Positions 20,328 through 31,007 of a DNA stretch of 64,000 bases are shown here, in pieces. The position numbers and the translations under genes were made by a program. The DNA comes from an uncultured Thermoleophilia bacterium. GTDB taxonomy: Bacteria > Actinomycetota > Thermoleophilia > Gaiellales > Gaiellaceae. Location: contig CAVQAQ010000009.1 in NCBI GenBank assembly GCA_963710465.1, positions 22,515 to 86,514 on the forward strand. Direction: 5' to 3'. Positions within the stretch are counted from its first letter, which is position 1. Each line of letters starts with the position of its first letter. The notes beneath the pieces are model-generated. The model was not told where the DNA came from and made no database searches. It saw only the letters and a list, made by a program, of their open reading frames with translations.

Positions 20328-20829
20328 ATGGCCATCGGGCCCGCAGCGCCGTCAGTCCGGCCGAGGGGCCTCGGCGAGAGCCTGGCCGACGCCGTCCGGT
20401 CGCGGCCGGTCGCGGCTCACCTGACGCTGATGGGCACGCTGGCGTTCAGCGCCGGCGTGCACGCGGGGCTCGTGCCGCAGCATCTCGACGAGTCCCCGTA
20501 CCTCGGGGTCGCGTTCATCGGCGCGGTGCTCGCGACGACGGCGGTGGCGATCGCGCTCGCCCTCAACCCCGGCAGCACCTGGCCGCCGCGGGCGGCCGCG
20601 CCTCCTGTTCGCGGGGCAGATCGTCGCCTACTTCCTCTTCACCGAGAAGATCACGGACCCGACCGGCGTGATGACCAAGCTGGTCGAGGGCACCGGGCTC
20701 GTCGTGGCGCTGCTGATGCGGCCCACGCCGGAGCTCGCGGAGCAGCGCCGCGCCTACGCGCCCGCGTACGTGCTCCTCGTCGCCTTCGCGCTCCTCGTCG
20801 CCATGCAGGCGTCCGGGCACCACCACTAG
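20328..20829 (+). pseudogene. Small hypothetical membrane protein; one +1 frame change at about 20600
   Basis: MAIGPA..AAHLTLMGTLAFSAGVHAGLVPQHLDESPYLGVAFIGAVLATTAVAIALAL.., then in frame +1 ..LLFAGQIVAYFLFTEKI..LLVAMQASGHHH with TAG at 20827-20829. Confidence 0.5.
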
Positions 20830-21534
20830 CCCGCGACCTGCGCGTTCACCGTCTCGTCGCCCACCTCCTTGCCGGAGGCGTCGTACGACCGCACGTGGAT
20901 CGTCGCCGACGACGTCGCGTCGTCGATGCCGTCCGTGGTGCTGACCCGCACCGGGAACGGGCTGCTCGCGTCGTAGATCTCCCGGAAGTGGTCGTGGTCG
21001 ACCACGAGCCACCGAGCATCGGGCCGTCGGGACGACCCACGCGTAGGCGACCGTGGCGCGGTCGGCCGTGAGGCAGTTGGCGAGGTCGAGGCGCGGGTCC
21101 TCGATGCGCCCGCCGTCGAGCCACTTCGTCGTCGCCGTCCCGCACCAGCGCCCGGCCGGCTCCCGCTGCCGCGCGGCGCCGTCGCAGGCGACGAGCCGCT
21201 GCCGGTCGGCGGTCGCGAAGGTCAGCGTGTGCCCGTCGACCGTCACCGCCTCGACGCCGGCCGGCGGGGCGCCGCCGGGGATGTCCTTGATGCAGTCGAG
21301 CGCAGGCTGCGCCTCGAAGTCCTGGCCGCGCAGAATCCGGCTGGCCGTCATGACGGCGCCGGGGACGCCCGCCAGCTTGGCGGGGACGGCCGGGGGCGTG
21401 CTGCCGTCGCTGAGCCGGTCGGGCGCATGCAGCCCGGAGCCGCCGCAGCAGCCGGCGGCCGCGAGCAGGAGCGTGGCGGCCGCTGCCGGCCGCCACGCAG
21501 TCGATCGTGTTGCTCGGGCTGCTACGCGTCCCAT
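20826..21534 (-). pseudogene. Hypothetical lipoprotein; two frame changes within about 40 nt (about 21035 and about 21015)
   Basis: Lipobox ..ATLLLAAAGCCGG. ..ATVAYAWVVP / DGPMLG / WLVVDHDHFREIYDASSPFPVRVSTTDGIDD..VNAQVAG stop. Its stop shares the palindrome CTAG with the convergent plus-strand gene. Confidence 0.5.
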
Positions 21535-22154
21535 CCGAGCCGCCGCACACCTCCGTACGCCGAGCTGCCACGGTACGTACGGGTCCAGATGTCGACCCCG
21601 TAGGCCTCGCCCTTCGCCTCGATGATCTGGTCGCTGCCGTCGGCGTTGCGCGCGTAGATCATCCCGACGTGATCCGTGCTGGCGAGCGCGTCCATCCGGA
21701 TCAGGCCGCTCTTCGGGTAGGCGTCGTTCGGGGCGCCGGCGCCGTACAGGAAGCTGGCGGCGCTGTACGGGCCGTGGACGTTGCGGAGCATGTTCCATTG
21801 CCAGGCGCCCTGGTTCGACGTGTCCAGGTCCTCGCGCCAGACCTTGAACGTGAAGCCCGAGCAGTCCGGGCCCTCCCCGCGCGTGTCGGAGCGCTCGACG
21901 GGGTCTCCGGGCGACTGGTCGACGTCGTCGTCGTTCCAGCAGCCGCCGCCCCACTGGTAGCCCTCCCACCGTGCGCGGAGCGCAACCGTCATGGAGCCGT
22001 CGCGCGTGAAGTAGTTGGTGTAGTCCGGCGCGCCGTAGTTGCAGTACGCCCCGGTGAAGTTCGTGTGGTAGGCCCACGCGGCGCCCGCGAGGGCCAGCGA
22101 GAGCGCCAGGGCGGCCACAAAGGCGACCACGGGCGCGGGGATCCGCCGGATCAT
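21522..22154 (-). CDS. Secreted NlpC/P60-family cell-wall peptidase
   Basis: Signal peptide MIRRIPAPVVAFVAALALSLALAGAAWA. Catalytic-type motifs GPDCSGFTFKVW and DHVGMIY..IIEA. ATG overlaps the upstream stop (ATGA). Confidence 0.65.
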   Translation of the reverse strand: MIRRIPAPVVAFVAALALSLALAGAAWAYHTNFTGAYCNYGAPDYTNYFTRDGSMTVALRARWEGYQWGGGCWNDDDVDQSPGDPVERSDTRGEGPDCSGFTFKVWREDLDTSNQGAWQWNMLRNVHGPYSAASFLYGAGAPNDAYPKSGLIRMDALASTDHVGMIYARNADGSDQIIEAKGEAYGVDIWTRTYRGSSAYGGVRRLGWDA

Positions 22155-23572
22155 GAGCGCACCTCCAGGTCGAAGCGGTCGACGTGGACGCCGGACGGGG
22201 TCGAGCCGAGCTGGTACAGCGACGAGCCGGACAGCCGGAAGCGCGAGAGCGGCATCGTCTCCGCCCAGTCATCCGGCGCCACTGCGAACGCGGACACGAG
22301 CCCGCGCGCGCCGAGGCGCGCGACCTCGAACTCGTCCCGCGCGTCGGTGTACGTCCGGACGACGAGCAGGACGCCGTCCGCGTACGGCTCGGCGAGCTGC
22401 ACCTCGGCCACGGGCGTCGCACTGTGCACGCGCCACGCGCGCTCGACGCCGGCCGCGCCGACCACGGCGACACGGACCTCATCTCCTGTGCGCACGACGG
22501 CGACCTGCCGGCTTGCCGAGACGGCGCGCAGCGGCTCGGCCGCCAGACGCTGGGCGCGCAGGCCAAGGCTGGCACCATTCTCGACGGCGGGCACCCACTG
22601 CTCCGACGGGTACTCCTTCACGACAGGACCGGCCGGCCCCATGCGGAGCTGGGCGGCGGTTCGCGCCCCGAGCGGCACCTCGCTTCGGGGCGTGCCGTCC
22701 GTGCCGAACTCCTTCAGCAACGGGCGCGTCCGCCCCGGCCGTCTCCAGCACCCAGAGCGGGCCGTCACCGCCGCCGGCCAGGTCGGCCAGCGTGCCGTTG
22801 ATGTCGAGTGGGACGTCGCGCAGGGCGCCGAGCCCCGGCGGCCTCGACGAGCGCACGGTGGTGCACCTGGTCGAGCACGGTGACGGTCCCGTCTGCGCCG
22901 ACTACGAACGAGCCCGGCCCGACGGGCTCGGCCTCGCGGCCGCCCTCGAGGCCGGCGTCGGCAGGCCCGTCTCCCCAGCACGGCCGAGAACGGCCGCGCC
23001 GTGGCCGCGCGGCTGCGCCCGAACGCGTGCACGCCGAGCTCCACGGGGATGGGCGCGGTCACCGCGTAGGCGCGCTGCGGCGCGGCAGCTCCGCCGGCCG
23101 GCAGGGTGACCTGGGTCCCGGCCGCGCGGTTCCGCAGAACCGCGTAGTACGAGAAGCCGTCCCGCGACCGGGCGATGTCGGCCGGGACGCGGGCGGCCCA
23201 GCGCCCCTCGGCCGCATGCCGGTCGAGCCCGAGCGGGAACGGGCGGAACGCGCCGGCGTCGCCGGCACGGACGTACACGGTCCCGGCCGCGTCGCACTCG
23301 TCCCCGGGTGCCCCCTCAGGCGGTGGGCAGTACACGTCGTAGCGCAGGGTGACCGGCTCACCGGGCACGGTGAGCACCGGCGGCACGTGGGTGGCGTCGA
23401 TGATGCGGGCAGCGTCGAGCGCCGGTGGGCCCGGCAGGTCGCCGATCGCACCCGAGGCCGGCCCGAGCAGTAGCACGGCGGCGGCAGCGAGGCCCGCTAC
23501 CGCGCCGGCAGCGCCGGCGACGGCGAAGCGCAGCCGGCGTCGGGCCGGCGGCGACGGGTGTGGTGTCTCCAT
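22151..23572 (-). pseudogene. TM-anchored hypothetical extracytoplasmic protein; three same-direction frame changes (about 22978, 22835, 22735)
   Basis: ATG at 23572 after GAGGAGGGAGAG. N-terminal TM. The middle section reads WGDGPADAGLEGGREAEPVGPGSFVVGADGTVTVLDQVHH / GLGALRDVPLDINGTLADLAGGGDGPLWVLETAG in the two other frames, then returns to ..LLKEFGTDGTP... The last two shifts sit in cccc/gggg runs and the first in a ggg run. Confidence 0.5.
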
Positions 23573-23716
23573 CTCTCCCTCCTCTCGTGGGCCGCGTGGC
23601 GCGCGCCGTGCGGTGCGTGGTTGTTGTCAGTAGAGTAAACGGCGGCGCCGACGGCCCGCTAGTCGCTCTTGTGGGCATGTCCGCGCAGGACATGAGGCGG
23701 CCGCTTCAATGCGGCA

Positions 23717-24202
23717 ATGCACCCGGACCTCCACGAGACCCCGCGCGCCCGCGCCGAGCGCGAGGCCGTCGAGCGCGCGCTCGCGGACGTCCCGCTGCGC
23801 GGCAAGCCGCTGCAGCGCCGTGTGCGGCTCGAGCGCGCGACGCTCGAGCGGTACCTGCGTGCCGGCGGCGGGCCGCTGCCCTACATGCGGCGTCTCCGCG
23901 CGATCGACCTCGCCACCCGCGCGCACGAGAAGGCGCTCCGCGAGCATCGCGAGGAGCTCGCGCGCCACGTCTCCGGGCGGGCGTTCGCCGAGGCGTGGGT
24001 CGCGGCCGCCGAGGCGTGGGACTTCGGCGAGCTCAACTGCCTCATCGACGTGCACAACCGCTGGTACCCGGTCGAGGCGGAACTCCCCATGGACCCGCGC
24101 ACGGGGGACTACCGCCTGGTCGACGGCCGCCCCTACTGGCGCCGGCCGCTGACTGCGGAGTGGGTGCTCCGGCGCTACCCGGCCGAGCGCCCCGCAGGCT
24201 GA
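23717..24202 (+). CDS. Hypothetical protein
   Basis: Intact 161-aa ORF with coding-like composition (..NCLIDVHNRWYPVEAELPMDPRTGDYRLVDGRPYW..). No family recognised. Confidence 0.5.
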   Translation: MHPDLHETPRARAEREAVERALADVPLRGKPLQRRVRLERATLERYLRAGGGPLPYMRRLRAIDLATRAHEKALREHREELARHVSGRAFAEAWVAAAEAWDFGELNCLIDVHNRWYPVEAELPMDPRTGDYRLVDGRPYWRRPLTAEWVLRRYPAERPAG

Positions 24203-24316
24203 CCACGCCTGTTCAGACTCTGTAAATCCCCGTTAAACGGAGCAACTCCGTGGGTACGCCGCCGTCAGACTCGATGACGCCCCTAGGTCCACGGACCCAC
24301 ACTTGCCGTCAGGAGG

Positions 24317-25534
24317 TTGCCCGTGAAGAGATTTCTTCCCGCCCTTGCGCTGACCGCTGCCCTTGCAGGCCTCGTGCCCGCGGCAGCGCATCCCGCCCGC
24401 CACATGCTCGTCGGCCTGTTCGACGAGTCCGAGACGCTCGGCTACACCGACCGCTCGATGCCGACGCTGAAGACGCTGCGCGTCCAGATCATCCGCTCCA
24501 CGCTCTACTGGGGCGGCACTGGCGGCGTCGCCGGCACCCGGCGGCCCGCGCACCCGACGGACCCGGGTGACAAGGCCTACAACTGGGCGCCGTACGACAA
24601 CATGGTGCGGGAGGCGGCGAAGAACAACATCAAGGTGCTCTTCTCGATCTGGGGCACGCCTTCCTGGGCCAACAAGGGCAAGGGCCTCGCGCACGCGCCG
24701 ACGCTCGCGCGCGATCTGCGCAACTTCTCCTATGCGGCGGCGAAGCGGTACAGCGGCACGTACGTACCCGTGGCGCCCGCCGCGACCGGCAGCACGACCA
24801 CGACCACGCCCTCGAACGACACCGCGCTCCCGGCCGTCCGCAACTGGCTGGCCTGGAACGAGCCGAACAACCCGCTCTTCCTGAACCCGCAGTACAAGCG
24901 GGTCGGCACGGGCAAGAAAGCGCACTGGGTGGCGCAGAGCACGATCGACTACGCACGCATCTGCAACGCGGTCTACGGCGGCGTGCACGCCACGCTGATC
25001 CGCGCGGAGAAGGTCGCCTGCGGCGGCACCGGCCCGCGCGGGAACAACAACCCCAATTCGACGCGGTCGTCGGTCGGCCCGATCCCGTTCCTCAGGGGCG
25101 TCAAGAAGGCGGGCCTCGCGAAGTTCGACGCCTGGGCGCACCACCCGTACTACGGCAGCCCGAGCGAGAAGCCGTCCTCGGTGCCGAAGTCGAACCGCGG
25201 CAAGCGGGGCCTGATCGCGCCGCCGGTCGAGCTCGGGAACATCAACGACCTGATCAAGGTGGTCACGCAGCTCTACGGCAACAAGCGGATCTGGGTCACC
25301 GAGTACGGCTACCAGACCAACCCGCCCGACCGCGCCTTCGGCGTCTCGTGGGCGAGGCAGGCGCTCTACCTGAAGCAGGCCTTTGCGATCGCGCGCAAGA
25401 ACCCGCGCATCGACATGATGTTGTGGTTCCTGCTGCGCGACCAGAAGCAGCTGGGCGGCTGGCAGTCAGGGCTGATGACGTACGCCGGCACGAAGAAGCC
25501 GTCGTTCAACGCCTTCCGCACGCTGCCGCACTAA
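24317..25534 (+). CDS. Secreted glycoside hydrolase, (beta/alpha)8 clan GH-A-like (GH5-like)
   Basis: Signal peptide. LAWNEPN (acid/base Glu context) and IWVTEYG (nucleophile Glu context). AGGAGG lies upstream. TTG at 24317 or GTG at 24323. Confidence 0.6.
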   Translation: MPVKRFLPALALTAALAGLVPAAAHPARHMLVGLFDESETLGYTDRSMPTLKTLRVQIIRSTLYWGGTGGVAGTRRPAHPTDPGDKAYNWAPYDNMVREAAKNNIKVLFSIWGTPSWANKGKGLAHAPTLARDLRNFSYAAAKRYSGTYVPVAPAATGSTTTTTPSNDTALPAVRNWLAWNEPNNPLFLNPQYKRVGTGKKAHWVAQSTIDYARICNAVYGGVHATLIRAEKVACGGTGPRGNNNPNSTRSSVGPIPFLRGVKKAGLAKFDAWAHHPYYGSPSEKPSSVPKSNRGKRGLIAPPVELGNINDLIKVVTQLYGNKRIWVTEYGYQTNPPDRAFGVSWARQALYLKQAFAIARKNPRIDMMLWFLLRDQKQLGGWQSGLMTYAGTKKPSFNAFRTLPH

Positions 25535-26709
25535 ATACGGAGAAACTGCACGGTGTCCCCCGCGGTGAGCTCGCCCTTGCCGCGGGGGACGAGCACCAGC
25601 GCGTCGGCGGTCGCCGCCCGCGTGATCATGTGCGATTCCTGGCCCGTGATCGGCGCGAGGCCCTCCGGGCCGCGCCGGGCCCGCACGAGGTCGTCGCGCG
25701 CCGCGTTCCGCCGGACGGGGCCGGCCAGCGTGCCGGGCTCGAACGGCGGCGCGGGTGACGCGTGGCCCTGCAGCGCGAGCAGCGCCGGGCGGACGAAGAG
25801 CTCGAAGCAGACGAACGAGGACACGGGGTTGCCGGGCAGGCCGAAGACGAGCGTCTCCCCGCGCGTGCCGAACCACAGCGGCTTGCCCGGGCGCATGGCG
25901 ATGCCCCAGAAGACCTCCTCGACGCCGAGCTCCGCTCCGACGTTGCGCACCAGGTCGTGCGGGCCGACGGAAACGCCGCCCGACGTGACGAGGACGTCGT
26001 GGCCAAGCCCGCGCTCGAGCGCGGCCCTGTGGGCCGCCTCGTCGTCCTCGACGGCCACGAGGCGCGCCGGCTCGGCTCCGGCACGCGCGGCCTGCGCGGC
26101 GAGCATCGGCCCGTTGGCGTCGTATATCTGGCCGGGCTCGAGCGGCGTCCCTGCCGGACGCAGCTCGCTGCCCGTCGTGAGGACGCCGACGCGAGGCCGC
26201 GCTCCGACCCGCACGTGCCCGACGCCGGCGGCGAGCAGCGCCGCGAGCTGGTGCGGGTGGAGGAGCGTGCCCCCTGCGACAACGGGGTCGCCGCTGTGCA
26301 CGTCTCCCCCGCGCGGCCGCACGTTCGACCCTGCCGGCACGGGGTCGGGCACGGTCAGGCGGTCGCCGCGCTCGGTGACGAGCTCGACGGGCACCACTGC
26401 GTCCGCGCCGTCCGGCACGACTCCGCCCGTGGCGATCCCCATCGCCTCACCCGGCTGGAGCGCCCGCCCGGCCGGGTGGCCGGCGGCGACGCGCGCGACG
26501 ACGGGCAGCACCCCCGGCGTGTCGGCCGAGCGCAGCGCGAAGCCATCCATCGCCGAGCTGTCGAACGGGGGCAGGTCGACGGTGGCGGCCGGGGGCTCGG
26601 CCAGGACCCGGCCTGCGGCGGCGGCCGTCTCGATCTCCTCAACGGGCAAGAGCCTCGCGGCCGCGAGCACGCGGCCGAGCGCCTCGTCGATCGACAGCAG
26701 CTCGGCCAC
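25531..26709 (-). CDS. moeA: Molybdopterin molybdenumtransferase MoeA
   Basis: GTG at 26709 ([15 protein letters not shown]..). Motifs SAMDGFAL, TGSELRPAG, VTSGGVSVGPHD, PGNPVSS. Confidence 0.85.
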   Translation of the reverse strand: MAELLSIDEALGRVLAAARLLPVEEIETAAAAGRVLAEPPAATVDLPPFDSSAMDGFALRSADTPGVLPVVARVAAGHPAGRALQPGEAMGIATGGVVPDGADAVVPVELVTERGDRLTVPDPVPAGSNVRPRGGDVHSGDPVVAGGTLLHPHQLAALLAAGVGHVRVGARPRVGVLTTGSELRPAGTPLEPGQIYDANGPMLAAQAARAGAEPARLVAVEDDEAAHRAALERGLGHDVLVTSGGVSVGPHDLVRNVGAELGVEEVFWGIAMRPGKPLWFGTRGETLVFGLPGNPVSSFVCFELFVRPALLALQGHASPAPPFEPGTLAGPVRRNAARDDLVRARRGPEGLAPITGQESHMITRAATADALVLVPRGKGELTAGDTVQFLRI

Positions 26710-27335
26710 TACCGGCGCTTGCCGGCCAGCGCGGCCGTGACGCCCAGGCCGACGAGAATCGTGCCGGACGCCCACCGCGACGCGGCCGCGGCGCGCCTGC
26801 TCGCGCGCAGCCGTGCGGAGAGCGCGCCGGCGGTGAGCGCGTAGGCGCCGTCGCTGAGCAGCCCGAGCGCCGTGAAGGTGAGCCCGAGAACGAGGATCTG
26901 GAGGCCGGTCGCCCCCGCCTCCGGGTCGACGAACTGCGGCAGGAATGCGAAGAAGAAGAGCGCTGTCTTCGGGTTCAGGATCTGGACGGTGGCGCCGCGC
27001 GCGACACGGCGGCGAGCGTCGACCTCGAGCGCCTGCGGCTCCTCGGACGCGCGGCCCACGAGCGTCCGCACACCGATGAAGACGAGGTAGGCGGCGCCGG
27101 CGTACTTGACGACGTCGAACGCCTCCGCCGAGGAGACGAGGAGCGACGAGAGCCCGATCGCGGCGGCGGCCACGTGCACGAGCGTCCCGACATGGATGCC
27201 GACGGTGGACATGAGGCCGGCCCGCGGGCCGCCCTCGACGCTCTGCGAGACGACGTAGAGGACAGCCGGGCCGGGGATCAGCAGCAGCGCGAGCGCGGCG
27301 AGGACGAACAGGCCGTAGACAGCGGGATCCGGCAT
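26709..27335 (-). CDS. LysE/RhtB-family amino acid exporter
   Basis: 208 aa. ..[13 protein letters not shown].., ..[17 protein letters not shown]... About 6 TM spans. Confidence 0.8.
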   Translation of the reverse strand: MPDPAVYGLFVLAALALLLIPGPAVLYVVSQSVEGGPRAGLMSTVGIHVGTLVHVAAAAIGLSSLLVSSAEAFDVVKYAGAAYLVFIGVRTLVGRASEEPQALEVDARRRVARGATVQILNPKTALFFFAFLPQFVDPEAGATGLQILVLGLTFTALGLLSDGAYALTAGALSARLRASRRAAAASRWASGTILVGLGVTAALAGKRR

Positions 27336-27436
27336 CGTCGATTCGTAGCACGGAGCTGCCGACTGCGTGTCGATGGCGCATACCCGCCGCGGGGGCGCGG
27401 CGGGAGCATGCCGGGCCGCCCGGTACGCTCACGGGC

Positions 27437-28996
27437 GTGGCCGTCCTGACCTCGCAGGCGGAGCGCGGCACGGACGTCTTCGCCGCCCGGCGTGCGCGCA
27501 TGGAGGAGCTCGTCGCCGAGCTGCGCGAGCGCACGGCCCTCGTCGCGGCGGGCGGCGGCGAGCGGGCGCTCGAGCGCCATCGCGGCCGCGGGAAGCTGAC
27601 GGCGAGGGAGCGGATCGACCGGCTCGTCGACCCTGGCTCGGCGTTCCTGGAGCTCGGCGCGCTGGCCGCGTGGGACGTCTACGACGGGCAGGCTCCGTCG
27701 GCCGGGATCGTCACCGGCATCGGTGTGATCGAGGGCCAGGAATGCGTGATCGTCGCCAACGACGCGACCGTCAAGGGCGGTTCGTACTTCCCGCTCACGG
27801 TGAAGAAGCACCTGCGCGCGCAGGAGGTGGCCGAGCAGAACCACCTGCCGTGCATCTACCTCGTCGACTCCGGCGGCGCGTTCCTGCCGCTCCAGGCGGA
27901 CGTCTTCCCCGACCGGGAGCACTTCGGCCGGATCTTCTACAACCAGGCGCGCATGTCGGCCAAGGGCATCCCGCAGATCGCCGCCGTCATGGGCTCGAGC
28001 ACCGCCGGCGGAGCCTACGTGCCCGCGATGAGCGACGAGACGATCATCGTGCGCGGCACCGGGACGATCTTCATCGGCGGGCCACCGCTCGTGAAGGCGG
28101 CCACCGGCCAGGACGTCACCGCCGAGGAGCTGGGCGGCGCCGACGTGCACGCGCGCCGCTCCGGCGTCGCCGACCACTACGCGACCTCCGACGAGCACGC
28201 CCTCGCGCTCGTGCGCCAGATCGTTCGCAACCTGCACCGGCGCGCCGAGGCGCCGTGGGACGTCGCCGAGCCCGAGCCGCCGGTCGCCGACCCCGACGAC
28301 CTCTACGGGCTCATCCCGGACGACCACCGCCAGCCGTTCGACCCGCGCGAGGTGATCGCCCGCATCGTCGACGGCTCGCGCTTCGACGAGTTCAAGGCGC
28401 TCTACGGCGAGACGCTCGTGACCGGCTTCGCCCGGATCGAGGGCTACCCGGTCGGGATCCTGGCCTCGAACGGCGTGCTCTTCGCCGAGTCGGCCCAGAA
28501 GGGCGCGCACTTCATCGAGCTCTGCTGCAAGCGGAAGATCCCGCTCGTCTTCCTGCAGAACATCACCGGCTTCATGGTCGGCGTCGAGTACGAGGCGGGC
28601 GGCATCGCCCGCGACGGCGCCAAGCTCGTCACCGCCGTCGCCTGCGCCGAGGTGCCGAAGTTCACGGTCGTGATCGGCGGCTCGTTCGGCGCCGGCAACT
28701 ACGGGATGGCTGGCCGCGCCTACTCGCCGCGTCAGCTCTGGATGTGGCCGAACGCCCGCATCTCGGTGATGGGCGGCGAGCAGGCGGCCACCGTGCTGAC
28801 GATGGTGGGCGACACCGACCCCGACGAGATCCGCGCCAAGTACGAGGCCGAGGGCAACCCGTACTACTCGACCGCCCGGCTCTGGGACGACGGGATCATC
28901 GACCCGCTGGACACGCGGCGGGTGCTGGCCCTCGGCATCTCGGCGGCGCTGAACGCACCGATCGGCGAGACCACCTTCGGCGTCTTCAGGATGTAG
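27437..28996 (+). CDS. Acyl-CoA carboxylase carboxyltransferase (beta) subunit, methylcrotonyl-CoA carboxylase type
   Basis: 519 aa. ..[52 protein letters not shown].. Confidence 0.85.
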   Translation: MAVLTSQAERGTDVFAARRARMEELVAELRERTALVAAGGGERALERHRGRGKLTARERIDRLVDPGSAFLELGALAAWDVYDGQAPSAGIVTGIGVIEGQECVIVANDATVKGGSYFPLTVKKHLRAQEVAEQNHLPCIYLVDSGGAFLPLQADVFPDREHFGRIFYNQARMSAKGIPQIAAVMGSSTAGGAYVPAMSDETIIVRGTGTIFIGGPPLVKAATGQDVTAEELGGADVHARRSGVADHYATSDEHALALVRQIVRNLHRRAEAPWDVAEPEPPVADPDDLYGLIPDDHRQPFDPREVIARIVDGSRFDEFKALYGETLVTGFARIEGYPVGILASNGVLFAESAQKGAHFIELCCKRKIPLVFLQNITGFMVGVEYEAGGIARDGAKLVTAVACAEVPKFTVVIGGSFGAGNYGMAGRAYSPRQLWMWPNARISVMGGEQAATVLTMVGDTDPDEIRAKYEAEGNPYYSTARLWDDGIIDPLDTRRVLALGISAALNAPIGETTFGVFRM

Positions 28997-29023
28997 CGAC
29001 CGGATCTCGCGAAGGGAGGACGC

Positions 29024-29383
29024 GTGGCGTACGACGTGATCGACGTGAAGGACCTGGAGGGCGAAGGCCCCGGCGGCATGGTGCGCAAGACGCGCCGCGC
29101 GCTCGGCGCCAGCGCCTTCGGCTTCAACTACTTCGAGTTCCCGCCCGACACCGAGGGCCGCGAGCACAGCCACGAGGCGAACGGCCACGAGGAGGTCTAC
29201 GTCGTCGTGCGCGGCTCGGGCGTCATGCGACTGGACGGCGAGGAGATCGAGCTGAAGCCGTTGCGCATCGTCCGCGTCGACCCCGGGACGACCCGCCAGC
29301 CGGTGTCCGGCCCCGACGGGCTCGAGTTCATCACCTTCGGTGCGCCGCAGCAGGGCACCTACGAGCCGCCGGACTGGGGATAA
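29024..29383 (+). CDS. Cupin domain-containing protein
   Basis: GTG at 29024 after GAAGGGAGGA. ..EHSHEANGHEEVYVVVRGSG.. Confidence 0.65.
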   Translation: MAYDVIDVKDLEGEGPGGMVRKTRRALGASAFGFNYFEFPPDTEGREHSHEANGHEEVYVVVRGSGVMRLDGEEIELKPLRIVRVDPGTTRQPVSGPDGLEFITFGAPQQGTYEPPDWG

Positions 29384-29391
29384 TCACGGAC

Positions 29392-29541
29392 ATGCCAAAC
29401 ACACTCGATCTCACCAACGAGGAGCTCGAGCTGCTCCGCGCAGCGCTCCACTCCTACCTGGACGACTTCGGGCACAAGGAAGCGGACGTGCTCCGCCGGA
29501 TCAAGGAGCTCATCGCGAAGCTTCCTCCGCGCCCGTCCTGA
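29392..29541 (+). CDS. Small hypothetical protein (49 aa)
   Basis: This is the last 49 codons of the otherwise out-of-frame ORF 27367-29541: MPNTLDLTNEELELLRAALHSYLDDFGHKEADVLRRIKELIAKLPP... The stop overlaps the next ATG (TGATG). Confidence 0.35.
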   Translation: MPNTLDLTNEELELLRAALHSYLDDFGHKEADVLRRIKELIAKLPPRPS

Positions 29542-29873
29542 TGCTGCTTCGGCTCGTCCTCTGGAACCTGGCCGACTCGAAGACGACGATCGCCGAGCTG
29601 CGCCGCTACCTGCGCGACGAGTCCGTCGACGCCTTCGAGGACGTCCCGGGCCTTCGCTTCAAGGCCTGGATCTCCGACGAGGTGACCGATCGCTGGGGCG
29701 CCGTCTACCTCTGGGAGTCGCGCGAGGACGCCGAGCAGGAGCTGCCGAGCCGCGCGCGGGAGCTGATCGGCAAGGACCCCGACATCGGCGAGGAGTTCGA
29801 CATCGAGGCGACGATCGAGGGCGACTTCGCCGTGGCGGAGCTGTCGCGCCTCGGGCTTGCCTTCGAAGAGTAG
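29541..29873 (+). CDS. YdhR-like / dimeric alpha-beta barrel putative monooxygenase
   Basis: MLLRLVLWNLADS..GLRFKAWISDEVTDRWGAVYLWESREDAE... Confidence 0.45.
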   Translation: MLLRLVLWNLADSKTTIAELRRYLRDESVDAFEDVPGLRFKAWISDEVTDRWGAVYLWESREDAEQELPSRARELIGKDPDIGEEFDIEATIEGDFAVAELSRLGLAFEE

Positions 29874-29899
29874 GCTCGCGTCAGTACCGTTGAACCGCA

Positions 29900-30501
29900 A
29901 TGCCACTGAGTAGAGAGGGACGCGGCACCGGCTGGGCGCTCGCGGTCGACATCGTCAACACCTGGGACGAGTACCCCGGCCGATGGATCTCGTCGAGGGG
30001 ATCGAAGACGTCCGCACGGTGCTCGCGTGGCACGGGCTCCCGGACGCGGCGGCGGCTGTCGAGCCGCGCGACGTCGAGCGATTCCGCCGGCTGCGCACAC
30101 GCTTCGAGCACGTCTTCGACGCCCGGAGCGAGGACGAGGCGGTCGCGCTCCTCAACGAGCTCGTGACCGAGTACGGCGTCCCGCCGCAGCTCGAGCGGGA
30201 GGGCCGCGGCTGGCGCTTCCGGGCCTGGCCCGACGAGCGCGAGGGGCTGCGCGCGGGCGCGGCGCTCGCCGCCTACGGGCTCCTGGAAGCCCTGCGCGAG
30301 CACGGCTGGAGCCGCCTCGGCCGGTGCGGAGGCTCACCCTGCCGCTGCGTGTACGTCGACCGGACGCGCAATCGCAGTCGCCGCTACTGCTGCGTGCTGT
30401 GCGCCGACCGCGTCGCCCAGGCCAACCTGCGCTCCCGGAGGAGGGCAGCGTCCCGCCCGACCAGGAAGGACGGGACGCTGCATGGGCGAAGCCGCCGTTA
30501 G
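29900..30501 (+). pseudogene. ABATE/CGNR zinc-finger domain protein; one frame change at about 29975
   Basis: N-terminal ..WALAVDIVNTWDEYPG in ORF 29900-30166. The remainder is in ORF 29983-30501, with C-terminal CGGSPCRCVYVDRTRNRSRRYCCVLCADRV (a CGNR-like finger). Confidence 0.6.
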
Positions 30502-31007
30502 GCGATTGCGTCGCAGGTCGCCGGGAACTGGCTGGCGTCCTGCCGCCCGGTCGACTTCAGGATGGTGAGCGGCGTGTCCGGATCGGACGCGTCCGCGAGG
30601 TACACGAACTTCCCGACGTCCGCGAAGACCGTCCCCTGGCCCGGCACGGTGATGTGACCGTCGTTGCCGTTGATCGTGACGGTGACGGTGCCGTCGCCGT
30701 TCGGCTCGATGATCACCGGTCCGGCGAGCACCGTCGTAGCCGACTTCCCGTTCGCGGGGTTCGTGTAGGTGATGTGGAAGTCGACGGCGTGCTTGACGAG
30801 CTTGCCGTCCGAATAGACGGTCTGGCGGATCGTCCCTTCCGTGTGCAGGACGAACGGGAACGCGCACAGGCCGGCGGGGACCGTCCGCGTGCGGTCGAAG
30901 TGCGTCTCCGTCGTCACCGGCTGGTCGGCGGCCGCGGTCGGGGCGAGCGCCGCGGCCGCCGCGAGGGCGGCGAGCGTGGTAGCCGCCCAGAAAGCCTTGC
31001 GCTTCAT
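30498..31007 (-). CDS. Secreted hypothetical protein
   Basis: ATG at 31007 after GGAGG. Signal peptide MKRKAFWAATTLAALAAAAALAPTAAA. Lower GC than the flanking sequence. Confidence 0.6.
   Translation of the reverse strand: MKRKAFWAATTLAALAAAAALAPTAAADQPVTTETHFDRTRTVPAGLCAFPFVLHTEGTIRQTVYSDGKLVKHAVDFHITYTNPANGKSATTVLAGPVIIEPNGDGTVTVTINGNDGHITVPGQGTVFADVGKFVYLADASDPDTPLTILKSTGRQDASQFPATCDAIA

Noticed and set aside
23573-23716. Cyclic-di-AMP (ydaO-type) riboswitch upstream of the NlpC/P60 operon
   Set aside because: The context would fit actinobacterial precedent. However, I could not see the conserved ydaO sequence elements in this ~140-nt leader. Only a strong SD and a short palindrome are present.
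27367-29541. 724-aa plus-strand ORF overlapping the carboxyltransferase gene in another frame
   Set aside because: The translation is Arg/Gly-rich noise. Only its last 49 codons (29392-29541) look like a real small gene.
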